Shown here: positions 37,406-50,289 of the stretch, piece by piece
How the letters are laid out: each line of letters starts with the position of its first letter
Position numbering within the stretch: the first letter of the stretch is position 1
Translations under genes and position numbers: made by a program
NCBI RefSeq assembly: GCF_004010195.1
Contig: NC_057718.1
Span: 20,462,915 to 20,526,914 of the forward strand
DNA length: 64,000 nucleotides
Direction of reading: 5' to 3'
Source: Chiloscyllium plagiosum
Taxonomy: Eukaryota
Notes under the pieces: generated by a model
Seen by the model: the letters and a program-made list of their open reading frames with translations, nothing else
Told to the model about the DNA's origin: nothing
Database searches by the model: none

Positions 37406-38587
37406 CCAGAGCTAGTGAGGTATTTGCCACTCTGTCAGATGAGGGGTCGAGAGATTAAGAAGAGGTTAAACAGACTATTTTAAGTGCTTATGAATTGGTA
37501 CCAAAAGCATCTAGACAGCAATTCAAAAACACAAAAAAGGAACCAGGTCAGACTTACGTTAAGTTCGAAAGAATTAAAAACAGGTCATTTTGATAGATGA
37601 GTCCATGCTTTGAACACAGATAGGACCTTTCAGGCTCTAAGACAGATTATTCTGCCTGAGGACCATAGAGATGGTAAGAATTCACAAGGAGGAATAGAAA
37701 GTTCAAGAAATGAGAAGGGCAGCAGAATTATGTGGAGTACATGTTGGTGCATAAGACAAGCTTCTGGCCAGAACTTCATCCTGTGAGGGATAGAAGTTGG
37801 GAGAAGGAGAGATCCTACACTACAAAACCAAGAGTAGAGAGCACTGGTAAGAATTTACCATGACATAAAAAAGAAGCCAAAGAGAATGGGCAGAAGGTGA
37901 AAGGCCTCAGGTATTTTCACTGTAATGGAGTGGGACACAGTGAATTACAGTGCCAGTGGTTTCAGAAGGGCACTGGGGAAAAAAAAAGTGTTTTCACTGC
38001 CAGAAGGTGAGACACGTAAAGACACAGTGCTGGTCGTTAAAGAAAGGCGCTGTGGAAAAAAGATGTGGTAAAAGAAGCTAAGCCAGTGGCATTAGTGAAG
38101 GTAATAAAAGGAGACCCCAAGAAGAGCCAAGGAGCTGCAAGAGAATGCACAGCCTAGGCCAGGGCAGAGTATGGAGTTAGTACCTGATCTCTACAAAGAA
38201 CTTGCCTCTGTGGGGTAATGTTTACTCAGAAAAACCAGAGGGAGAAGGACAAGAAGTTATAATTTTGAGAGATACAGAATCTAACCATTCACTGATAGTA
38301 AGGCATGAGCAAATATGCACTCTTTCTGATCGGTGGCTCGAGTGTGGGGTAATTTGTGGGATAGATGGACAAAAGATTAGCTTTCCTCTATGTGAGATCA
38401 GGTTGGAGTGCCAACTCAAGACTGGGGAGTTTACAGTGGGAGTGATTGACAGAGCATCAGTTCCAGGAATTCAATTTGTTCTTGGAAGTGATTTGGCAGG
38501 ATCCAAGGTGGGAGTGACACCCTTTGTTGTAGAGAAGCCCAAAGAAGACCAAGAAACTGAGGAGTTAAAACAGAAACATCCTGGTAT

Positions 38588-38906
38588 TTGTTGTGGTTCT
38601 GTTTGCCGAGCTAGGAATTTGTGTTGCAGACGTTTCGTACCCTGTCTAGGTGACATCCTCAGTGCTTGGGAGCATCCTGTGAAGCTTCTGTGTTGTTTCC
38701 TCCGGCATTTATAGTGGTTTGTCTCTGCCGCTTCCGGTTGTCAGTTCCAGCTGTCCACTGCAGTGGCCGGTATATTGGGTCCAGGTCGATGTGCTTATTG
38801 ATTGAATCTGTGGATGAGTGCCATGCCTCTAGGAATTCCCTGGCTGTTCTGTGTTTGGCTTGTCCTATAATACTAGTGTTGTCCCAGTCGAACTCATGTT
38901 GCTTAC
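38588..38906 (-). mobile_element. Second Penelope-like family fragment (GIY-YIG C-terminus plus terminus)
   Basis: HEFDWDNTSIIGQAKHRTAREFLEAWHSSTDSINKHIDLDPIY; same family at 53180-54285. Confidence 0.85.
38626..38665 (-). ncRNA. Minimal hammerhead ribozyme, second sequence family
   Basis: Minus strand GCA-CTGAGGA-T-GTCACCT(agac)AGGGTAC-GAAAC-GTC-TGC; stem I GCA/TGC, core intact, two mismatches in stem II. Confidence 0.65.
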
Positions 38907-41900
38907 TAGGCAGTATAAAACCAGGTAATGTACCTACATTACCAGTTCCCGCATTTGAAGAACCTTTCACACGTGTTACAGTTCATTAAGCAGATCCCCT
39001 CCCAAAAACTAAAAGTAGGAACCAGTACTTGTTAACCATAATGGATGTGTCTACCAGATTTCTGGAGGCCATTCCATTATGGATTATCGAGACAAAAAAA
39101 GGTGGTAGAGGAGTTGGTAGCTTTCTTCATATGGTATGGGCTACCCAGAGAGATTCAGTCGGACCAAGGGTCAAATTTTACTGCGAAGTTGTTGGAGGAG
39201 GTCATGAATAGCTTCGGTATACAGCACTTTGAATCCAATGTATATAATCCTGAATCCCAGGGAGCTTTAGAAGGGTGACATCAGACCTTGAAGACTGTGT
39301 TGAGACCATACTGTCAGAATTACCCAAATGGTTGGGATAAAAGGTATCTCATTCATATTGTTTGCTATTAGAGGTGCCCCAAATGATTCTGCTCAGTTCA
39401 TTCCCTTTGAGCTAATATTTTATCATGAAGTGAAAGGCCCTTTGAAATTAATTAAAGATAAATTGACAGGACCAAAGCCTGAGATCTCACATTTAGATTA
39501 TGTAATTGGAGGTGAGGGAGAAATTAAATATAGAGTAGGTGAGTTAGCTAACAGCACCTAAAGCGGGCACAGTGTAGAATGAAGCAGGTGGCAAATAAAA
39601 GCTCTAAGACTTGGACGTTTTCCCAAGGGGATAACACATTAGTACTGTTACCAGTGATACGAGATCCCTTCAAAACCAGATTTAGGAGCATATAATGCAG
39701 TTGAAAGATTTGTTACTGTAGTATAAGGACATGTGTAAGAATCAGATGGGGAGGCTGAATATTATCGTACATAAAGTAGACATAGGGAATACTGCGCTGA
39801 TAAAACAACATGCTTATTGGCTTAATCATTTCCAAGCCGGACAGGTCCACATGGAGGTGGAGGCCATACTCGATGAGGACATCATCTAACCAAGCCAGAG
39901 CGAGTGGAGTTTGTCAATCGTCTTAGTTCCCAAACCGGATGGGACTCAACGATTCTGTGTAGATTATCAGAAGGTCAATGCCGTTCCAAAATCTGACTCA
40001 TATCCAATTCCTAGATTGGAGGACTCTATTGAGAAAGTCAGACAAGCCAGTTACATCACCAAATTGGACTCAATGCATGATTTCTGGCAGGTACCTTTAT
40101 CAGAGACAGCGAAAGAAATTTCTGCGTTTGTAACCCGAAAGGGGCTAGACTAGTTTGAAGTGATGCCATTGGAATGAAGAACGCACCTGTCACATTCCAA
40201 AGACTCATGAACAGAGTTGTGTCTGGGTTAACAAACTGTGCAGTCTATTTGGACAATGTAGTGATCTTTAATAAATCCTGGAAAGATTGCATGGTACAGT
40301 TGGCAGAGCTCTTTGAACAACTACAAGCAGCAAAACTGGTGATAAACTTAAATAAAATGGAATTTGCGAAAGAAGAGGTGATGTTCTTGGGACATAATAT
40401 CAGTCATGGAAGGTTGACCCCTCAGAACGCAAAGATGAAGGCCATCGAGGAATTTCCTCGACCAACCTTGGGGAAAAAAAAGGGAGGTGCTTCCATTCTT
40501 AGGACTCAACGGAATCTATCGGAACTTTGTTCCAAACATTAGCAGTGTTGTAGCACCACTAACAGATTTGCTGAAAAAGAACACAAAATTTCGATGAACA
40601 GAACCATGCCAGGAGGCACTCAACCATTTGAAAGCCATTTTAACCACCAAACCAGTTTTAGCTCCACCAAACGTTTAAACACCTTTTAAAGGTGCCATTA
40701 ATGCTAGTGACATAGGAGATGGAGCTGTACACCTACAGGAGCACAAGGATGGGATTGAACTGCCAGTTGGTTACATTTCGAAGAAAATCAACATCCACCA
40801 GTGAAATACTCCATAAACGAAAAACTATCGAGTTTGGTACTGGCCTTACAACACTAATGTTTATGTCACGAACAATGTATCGGAGATGGTTGTGTACATT
40901 GATCACAATCCGCTTACATTCTTAGACTGCTTTATTGACAAGAATATGAGGCTATTTCATTGGAGTCTTGTGTTACAGACTTTTAATTTAAAAATCATGC
41001 ATGTTGTGGGTCGTAAGAATGTAATCACAGATGCATTATTGCAGGTTTAACGGATAAAATTTAGATGAGATTCACACATGTATATGGGAAGTAGTTATGG
41101 TGAACTCATCTTAAAGTTATCTGTATGTTAAGGTAGTGTGTTTTTTAAAAAAAGGGAAGAAATGAAGCCATCTTTTCATTATGATGGCTCATTTTTTCTT
41201 CGGGGGGGGAGAAGAGAGGTGGTATAAAGTTGTGGGTGTACAGTACCTTTAAGAGAGTTAGAAGCTGGTAGAACTATCTGACAGCACCAAGTGTTTTCAA
41301 TAAGGTAGCAAATGTAACACTTTGTTGAAGGCTAGATTAGCTGGTTGCCTGCAAACAACAAAACAGATTCGAATTAGGCCAATCAGTTTAAGTTATACTC
41401 CCAAAAATCAAACTCCAATCAAGTTTGAATTTCGTATATTGACAATCTTAAAAGCCAATGATGCAATCTGATGCTTTGGGGGTATAGGACTGGGGAAAAT
41501 TGAACAGTTGGGACAAAAAATACCAAGCCACCTTGTAAAGACTACCCGAAAAATAGCTCTCTTAAAAGGTACCTTTATCAATCAGTAACCTGTGAAGCAG
41601 AATTCCCAAGAAGGCGGCAGGAATACAGAGAAGAAGCAAAAGCTGCCAGGTTTGGAGATTAGAAGTTTTGTTTTGTAAATCTTAATTGGGGATTTTATCG
41701 GACCAGTATTGTAGAGGGGAAAGTAAAAGATAGGTTAGAGGAAGGAGTTGTAAATAGTTGTTAATTATTCTCTGTTATACTTTAAATAGTTCTTGTCCTT
41801 TCAAATTTTCACAGATGACTGCACTAGATAAATATTTTGTGTGTTGCTGGTTTAAATTAAGCAGGAGGGCTTACCCTGTATCATAACACTGCTATAAAAC

Positions 41901-43839
41901 TGAAATGCCAAGAAAGTTGCAACCTGAAAATCAAGTGTATTTATGAACTCTGCATCATAATGTTGTTTTTTGAAGCAGTGAATGAGAAAATTCAAGTCTG
42001 AGTTGCACCAAGATTCTTTTGAGTCACACAAATTCTGACTAACAACAGCTGTTTGAGTTGTAGAGTATTAAAAAGCTATTCATGCTATAATGACAAAGAA
42101 ATATCCAAAACCTGCAAACTTAAAGCATCCTTCTCTCGGTGTGGGTAAAAGATAGAAAACCTAGGAAGCATGAAAGAATCACAAAATATCTAGACTAATC
42201 AAAAAGGACTGTGTGGGACATTTAAACCTTCACTTAAAATCTGGACTTGTAATCTTCAGAATTTGTTTATTTTATCTATATTCTTTTTCGACCAACCTTG
42301 GGGAAAAAAAAGGGAGGTGCTTCCATTCTTAGGACCATAGTACCTATATCAAATTATTTGTCTTTTATTGTCTTAATTATAAAGATGTATAGTTGAGATT
42401 TTAGAAAGGGTTAGTTTAAAATTGTATAGTAATATATTAGAAATCCTTTCTTTTCTGCTTTTTTGAAAAAAAAGTGTTGCAATGAATAGTTCTTGTGACA
42501 AAACCTAGAATGAATTAGACTAGATTGATTTTGTCCAAAATAACTGTTAGTCAGACAAAACTGGTCATCTTATACGACCATTAACAAAAGAGCATAAGTA
42601 GACCATTTAGCCCATTGATCTGGTCAGATCTGATAATCCTCAACACCTGGTGGACTAACTGGCATTTTATATATTTTTAGATGGCTTGTGGAGTAGTAGG
42701 GTATGATTTTGTTGCACTCCCCAGTTAAAATGTAACCCAAGATCTTTGAAGACAATGCAGGATTAAATGTAGAGTTAGTGTAAGTGGTAAAGGATAAAAG
42801 ATACCAGGTTTCTCATACAAATATATGATGGCATTTGAAATGGTTAAAATCATCCTATAGTTGGAACAGATATCTCTGATGGTTTAACAGGAAATAACAA
42901 TCAGATTGCTGGAATTGGCAAAAAAATGTTGCAAGCAAATAAGTTACCCGCTGAAACTACCTAATAAGACATAGTAATTGAAATATTGGCCAAGCATCTA
43001 GAACTGTAATACAGGAAACACAAAGGATGAGGTACAGAGAGTGACAAGTCATTTGAATTAGTAAGGATTTGATTAGTTTCAGAAAAATAGTTTGAACATG
43101 AAAAAATAATTGGGACAACTAGAGATAGAAAAAGAATTTTAAAAATAGGAGGAGGAGTGAGATTTTAAAATTGAACTTTTATTTCAAAAAGACGACAAGG
43201 AAAGTATTTCAGGAAAGAGAAAGAGAACAAAAGGGAAAAAGAGGAGACAGAGGTAGAGAATCCGCTTAAAGTTATGTAGTTTAAAAATTCAGATGCCAAT
43301 AAAAATCATAATGAGGAAAATCCTAGTCATAACCTAAAATCCAGTACAGCAACATTTAACATTTGTACAGGCCCTACCAAAACTTGAGGAAACGAATATG
43401 GAAGCACTATGTCATTCGACGAAACACAAACAGATGAAGTGGCCAAATGAAACCTGGATACTTCCATGCAAAGTGCAGATAAAGTGCAGGAAATTTATGC
43501 TTTACTGTTTGAAGGTTTTATAAAGATTATGACTAAAACTGCTTTTCTGGATCCATATGAGTTAGTTACCGAAGCACACAAGCAAAATTTTCAAAATTTG
43601 ACAAAATCGCCCAGACAAACCTCTGAATTCCGAAGGATAAAGTAGAATAATTTTAATAAGTGGCAATGGGTTTATGAGTAAATACAATGTGAAATTCTTA
43701 GAAATCATTGCCTTGCAAGAATTGTAAAACTCACTACCCTTTAGAATCCATGTTGAAGACCAGAGGGTTGCAACTGTTGGTCAAGCAGTAGAAATGGCTG
43801 ATGATTATGAACTCATCCATAAAATGAAAATAAAACAAA

Positions 43840-44460
43840 TAACTGTAGATGCAGGATCCCCAAGTGGAAAATGAGATATTGTTCTTTCAGCTTGCACTGT
43901 GGCTCACTGAAAATTGTAGCAGGCCTATGGGAGAAGTGTATGTATAGGAACACAGTGGCAGCCAACTGGAAGTTCAGGGTGATTTTAGCGATAAAACATA
44001 GGCATTCTGCAAAGCAATCACCTAGCCTATGTTTATTCTCCCCAATGTAGAGGAGACTACATTGTGAATTCAGTAGACTAGATTGAGTGAAATACAGAAG
44101 AATCACTGTTTCACCTGGAAGGTATTTCTGGGGCATTGGATGGTATTATTACACCTTCTACAATTGCATGGGAACATGTCCTGGGAGGGTGAGAAGATGT
44201 TGCAAAAAGAGGTGTACCAGAGAGTCCGGAGGGAATGATCCTATTGGAATGCAAACAAGGGAGGGGAAGGGAATATTTTTTCTCCCCTTGTCCAATCCCT
44301 CCCCACTTTATATTCATGATTCTTCTGACACTTTACACTAGTTTCAAAGTTTCCAGTTTGCAGGCAGCAGCCACTTCCTCACCACCATGAACTTCTGTCC
44401 TGCCCTGCTATCCATAAATCTCTCTCCAGGGTCCATCTCCATCTATCCATTCACCTCTTT
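43840..44460. mobile_element. Old Penelope-like GIY-YIG fragment
   Basis: ORF 43813-44136 (-): CSLLYIGENKHRLGDCFAE...KLKEQYLIFHLG. Confidence 0.75.
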
Positions 44461-45506
44461 TCTGTTAGGAAAGAGACAGTAGGAGCATGAATGAAAGTCA
44501 ACTAGCCACGGTAAAGAAAGGGCACCCGAGAATATCCCAAGAACCTCATTTCAGATCAGAAAGCCGCTGAGTGGAGATGAAAATTGAAGATAAATCTTTC
44601 AATTGCAATAAAGTGGTGCATCTCTGTTCAGAATGCTGGAAGTGGCATGGGAAGCCCACGGGTTTGGTTAGGGCTCATAAGAGCAAGAGTTGTGAGAACC
44701 CAAAAAAAGCAAGCTCATGAGAGTTCATAAATGGAAATCAAAAGGAAAATACCACAGATCAAATTATGGCTTTAACTCAACCAGGAAACCTGAAAGTTCA
44801 GAAGAGGAGAATAGAGATATATAAAAATGAGATGTGTATATATAAAACCCCTTTTTCTTCAAATGATCTATGTTATTAGACACAGAAGCTACACAATCTC
44901 TTATACTGGAAAAGAAGAGTTTTCCTTCCAGAAAAAGTGCAAAACCAAGGTGTTAATAAATAGAGAATCTATTCCAATTCAATCGTACAAAGTATAATTG
45001 GAGTGTGACTTTTCAGATCTGTGGTAATAGGTTTTGTTAAGAAATTCCCTATGGGTGGATTCATTTGACTTAGTCCTAGCTAATGATTTGACAGGAGTAA
45101 AAATTACAGCTCTACCTATAATCACAGAAATCCCAAATGAAGTTAAAGAAGTGGAACAGTTATAGGAACAAGTTCCAAGTATTTTCCATTGTGTATGGCA
45201 GCCAAATCAATGGCTAAGCAAAGTCCTCATCAGGAGGTTAAAGTAATACCACAAGTAGATGTTGAATAGCCAAAACCTTCTTTAAGGATGGGGATGATAA
45301 AGAAGAGTTGAACATATCTTTTTTATTTGAGGCTCAAAGTCGATCCAGAGTAAAATAGATTAATTCAAGAAGCTCACAGTGAAGTTGAAGCTGAAGGATT
45401 TTCAGACTGTTATTATTTCATAAATGAAACTCTGATGAGGAAGTAGAATTATCCTTATAAATCTGCAGATATTAAATAAACAGTTTGTTGCTAAATTGTG
45501 CTACCA

Positions 45507-45730
45507 GTTGAAACTTTATTGCTGGAACAGCACAGCAGGTCAGGCAGCATCCAGGGAACAGGAGATTCGACGTTTCGGGCACAGGCCCTTCTTCAGGCCA
45601 TTCCTGAAGAAGGGCCTGTGCCCGAAACGTCGAATCTCCTGTTCCCTGGATGCTGCCTGACCTGCTGTGCTGTTCCAGCAATAAAGTTTCAACTTTGATC
45701 TCCAGCATCTGCAGACCTCACTTTCTCCTC
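45507..45730. mobile_element. Young palindromic Penelope-terminus insertion with 14-bp TSD
   Basis: Perfect 92-bp inverted arms 45506-45597 and 45603-45694, 5-nt spacer; AAATTGTGCTACCA at 45493-45506 and 45731-45744. Confidence 0.92.
45600..45635 (+). ncRNA. Intact minimal type I hammerhead ribozyme
   Basis: ATTC-CTGAAGA-A-GGGC(ctgt)GCCC-GAAAC-GTC-GAAT: perfect stem I and stem II, canonical core, GUC cleavage triplet. Confidence 0.85.
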
Positions 45731-45811
45731 AAATTGTGCTACCACCCAAATATCATAAGATACTGAGTAGCTGTGAGAATGAAATTCGTATGTCAGGTCA
45801 TGTAGAAATGC

Positions 45812-46745
45812 AGTAAATTGGATACAAAATTAGCTTGATGGTAGGAGACAGAGGATGATGATGGACGGTTGTTTTTCAGACTGGAGGCCTGTAACTAGCA
45901 ATGTTCCTCAGGAATTGGTGCTGGGTCCACTGGTTGTTTGTCATTTATATATAATCAATTTGGATGAGAATTTAGGAGACATGGTTAGTAAGTTTGCAGA
46001 TGACACCAAAAATTGGTAATATAGTATTGCATTTTGATAAAATGATAAAGGGCAGGACTTATACAGTTAATGGTAGTGTTGTCGAACCAAGAGACCTTGG
46101 CATTTAGGTACACAATTCTTTGAAAGTTGCGTCACACGTAGACAGGGTGGTTAAGAAGATATTCTTCACAGGTTTACAGGTTGGGGCAGCATGTTGCAGT
46201 TATACAGGATGGTGGGTGAGGCCATTGCTAGAATACCCTGTAAAGATCTGGTTGTCATTCTATAGGAATGGTATTATTAAATTGGAGAGGGTTCAGAAAA
46301 GACTTATCAGCATGTTGTCAGGACTGGAGGAGTTGAGTTATAAGGAGAGGCTGGGACTGTTTTCACTGAAGTGTAGGAGATTGAGGGGTGACCTTATAGG
46401 AGGTTTATAAGGGGCGTAGATAAGGTGAATAACAAAGGTCGTTTAGCTAGGGTAGGAGTATTTAAAAGTAGGGGACATATTTTTAAGGTGAGAAGCGAAG
46501 GATTTAAAAGGGACCTGAGGGGCAACTTTTTTTAAAAACGCCAAGGGTGAGTCGTGCATGGAATGAACTGCCAGAGGAAATGGTCGTGCAGGTACAGTTA
46601 CAACATTTAAAAGTCTTTGGATAGGTACATGAATATAAAAGGTTTAGAGGGAGGTAAGTGGAATTAGTTTAGTTTGGGAAACTTGGTCAGCAGAGAGGAG
46701 TTGGACTGAAGGATGCGTTTCCCTGATGTTTGACTCTATGACCCT
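45812..46745 (+). mobile_element. CR1 3' fragment
   Basis: SKFADDTK ~45988-46010; ORF 46120-46410 (VRPLLEY, LERVQKR, RRLRGDLI); tail ~46730. Confidence 0.88.
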
Positions 46746-49700
46746 GTAAAAACAAAATACCAATATATCTTTGCAGTTATAGATATGACAAGCTAATTTC
46801 CAGAAGTGTAATTACAGCTAAGGTAATAGTGGAAAAATTAAATTCAAGTTTTCACTCATTGCGAACTACCAATTTAAACACAAGGAAACCAACGTTCTAA
46901 CTTTATGTCCTTGAAAGTTTTAGATCATAATAACTGATCAGTGTTGAAATACTGGAATATCTGTAAAAATATTTTCATATTTAGAGGAATGGGAAGCTCT
47001 AGTAAGGTTATTTAACAAATTAAAGAAAATATTAAAGATACATTGTAATGTATTACGCTAGACAGAATTGTTGTGGATGTAGGGGAATTTGTGCTGATAA
47101 AACAGCATTTTTATTTGTTAAGATCTGAACAATAAAGTTCTGGTGAAACAGAAAATAAGAGCAAGAATAGACCATTTAGTACTTTGAACCTGCTCTGCCA
47201 TTCAGAGAGATGGCTTATCATCCAACTCAGTACCTTGTTCCCACTTTTCCTCCATATTTTTTGATATCTTTCGCTCTAAGAACAATATTTAACTCCTTGA
47301 AAACATTCAGTGTTTTAACCTCAACCTCTTTGTGGCACAGGCTCACCACCACAAAGAAACCTCTCCTCATCTCAAACCTGAATGGCCTACTCCATGACCT
47401 AGAGTTCTGGAAGATTCAGTACAGGCTAGAAAAACATGCTGCTCATACTGCTCAATGAGATTAGAGACAAAAACACAACAAGCCAGGCAGCATCAGGAGG
47501 TGGAGAAGTCAACATTTCGGGTGTAATCCTTCTTCAGGACAAGTCTGTGCTTGCTGTTCTCAGAACAGTACATCCAACATTGGATGTGATTCTGGTATTA
47601 GAAATCATTTGTTAAAATCACCGTGCGCTAAGAATTACACAGGAAACCGATTGAAGATCATCAGTTGGGTTCGCAGTTGGATGCATTTGTGTGTGCTAGA
47701 AGCTACACGTAAATACACAGGATCCTGTTGTAAGTAAGTAAGTAAAAGGAATTTGTGCACTTTTTCAAATAGAAGGCAACAGGCAAAAAAATGGAAACAA
47801 TCACACTCTGCTGCACTCCCATGGCAACATCCTGACCAATTAAAATCTACCTACTTGGTCTGAGAACTAAGATTGGCACGTAACTGTTCTTGCTGTAAAC
47901 CCCATGCCAATGATTGGCCCACCCATTCAGCACCATCTTTTTATGCTGTATAAAATGATGTCCTTTTGTTCAAGTTGGTTTCTTGTGTCTGAGCTCTGAG
48001 TGCAAGACAAAAATCTTCAACTTCTTGTCTCCCGTTTAGCAATGCTGAAGTTCTGTTCTACCATGCAATCAATTAGATTTGCCAAGTTTATTCAATTAGA
48101 CTTGTGCTAATTTACTTTAATTATCTCCAACAACTGATTATGAAGTCCGAAACTTTACCCATCACCGATGTTAAACTAACCAGCCCATAAGTTGCCAGGA
48201 TTGTGTTTTTACACCATTTTTTGAATAAGGGCATCACATTTGCCCTTCTCCAGTCCTCTGGCACTTTCCCCCATATGCTTTGTATAAGAAAAGCATTTTA
48301 AAGTTAATTTTAAATAAGAGCAAAATAAATCTGTGAAGGGAGATTAACCATCAACAAGGTTCAGAAATTAGTGAACCTAAGAGACAAAGGTTACTCTGCT
48401 TATTTATGCATATTTTACTGTCACAAAACTTTTACTATTGCTCTTGTATTCTGTTAAGATTAAAGTATAAAGTAAAAGTAACTATTTGTTGATGGTGTGT
48501 CAAGTGTGCTTTGTCAACTGAATTAGAATGTAATCTATTCATTGCCTTTAATCACAAAGCAATCAGCTAAAGGGATAATCAGGAAATATTGTGGTGGTAT
48601 CAGAGAGCACCAGGCTCAGAAAGATAGTTTATGGTATAGCATGAAAAATATACCAGTGTTTGGGGCCATTACTTGCAACTAAAGTTTTTAATTCACAAAT
48701 AATTAATTTCCAAGCAAGGATTGCATAAATTTAAACTAGATCATAATATGGATTTGAAACATTTTCTTAAATAACCCATTGGTTACTATCAATTTTATTA
48801 ACTACTGTAATGAGGAGAATTAATCATATCTATTGACACTGGTTGCAATTCATCATTACTTACTTCGGGTTATTTCCAGAAATAATAACATCAAAGCACA
48901 GGAGTATATAAGCAGACAATAGGAATAGCCATCAGTTCCTAATATTCAGCATAATGGTAATAGATAAGAAAATCCAACACCAATCATAAGATAGGACACA
49001 CTGTGTACACACACAAAAACATGGAGTAAGAAATCCCATGAGTTCACATGCCCGCCAATCACTGACGATCATCCTGATAACCTTGGTCACATTTTTTTTT
49101 AAAATGAGGACTTAAGTGAGTTCATGGTAATTTCTCTTCCATAATGCAGTAACAAAGCCTGTGAAAAACATACAAATTATTGGCTGTTTTCTCAATATTT
49201 AGTGGTTTTGCTGCTGTTTTTAAACAAAGTGCGCAAAATCAAATAAAACACTATCATGTTTTGCTAACACTGAGGGAATTGGTTTGTTGGTTGGATTTTT
49301 TTTTTTTACACAGCAGTGTAATACTGACAGTGAGGGTTCAATTCCCATCACTGATTTGAGGCTACCACAAAGGACTTTCCTTCTTAACCTCTTCCCTCAG
49401 GTTAAATCACCACCAGTTGCTTCTTTGTCTAATGAGAGAGCAACCCCAATGGTCCATTAAAACTATGGCAGCACAACACAACAAATATTGAACAGGCATG
49501 AAATTTAGTTTGATCAACGGGTGCCATCCCCCAAATATGTTCATTATTTTATTTATACATTTTCACATGTTGGAAAACTAGGTTATAAATAGTCTGCTGC
49601 ATCGTGTTAGTGTGTAACATGCACACTGAGTTATAAAAGTTTAATTACAGACAATCAAAAATGGTTTAATAAAAGCTTGATAATTACTTCAAACATTTTC

Positions 49701-50289
49701 CTTTCCTCGTTGTATATAGTGTTAGCTCCAGCATCTGCAGTCCTCTCTTTCTCATTCTGGTAGAATAGTCAATTTGAATTTCTACTCTGAATATCTTATT
49801 TGTTTTTGTTGACCATGGGAGACAGTAAAGCTTATCTCTATGCTAATGGTGACATTAAAGTACATGGTATATAAATGAGACAATAAGTCTTTCCTCTGAT
49901 ATGGATGCTTTGAATTCTATTACAAGGAATACTGTATGTAATTGTATTTGTGAAGATGACTCATATGGGCTCAAAACATTAACTCTTTCTTTCTCTAATT
50001 TGCTGCCATATCTGCTGAGTTTCTTCAGCTTTTTCTATTTTATTTCAGATTTCTAGTGTTCAGTGTTTTAGTTTTATTGATATAACCTAGCATTTCATTG
50101 AATTTTAACTTCCAGCTTTCTCAGTGAAATGGTTCAGTATCAAGCCTAGCACCTTCCATAATATGCAATGCATTCATTTATACATGAAAGCCTGATGTTA
50201 TGCTTCTACAGAATTATTTTGAATTTTTAGCATGGCAGGACCCACACATTTGCTACACATGCATTTACATTATTTCAATAATGTGTAGA

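Larger units (their letters stand above)
35323..41888 (+). mobile_element. Gmr1-like Gypsy LTR retrotransposon (gag-CCHC-PR-IN-RT-RH), decayed
   Basis: LTRs 35323-36047 and 41220-41888, TG...CA ends, 4-bp TSD CTGC; tRNA-Pro-like PBS tgggggcttg after the 5' LTR; PPT before the 3' LTR; two CCHC knuckles ~37910-38035, protease LRDT ~38270, integrase (SDQGSNF) 39030-39560 upstream of RT (PKPDGTQRFCVDY, YLDNV) 39910-40540. Confidence 0.93.
42750..47130 (+). mobile_element. Older, heavily decayed Gmr1-like LTR element internal region with nested PLE and CR1 inserts
   Basis: gag/SCAN-like remnants 43370-43810, CCHC (FNCNKVVHLCSEC) ~44600, protease LLDTEAT ~44875, integrase remnants 45420-47050, then start of RT (DVG..LIKQH) ~47075; LTRs not resolved. 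Confidence 0.6.

Noticed and set aside
45472..45708. Near-identical ORFs on both strands (66 aa and 78 aa)
   Set aside because: Artefact of the DNA palindrome, not a protein
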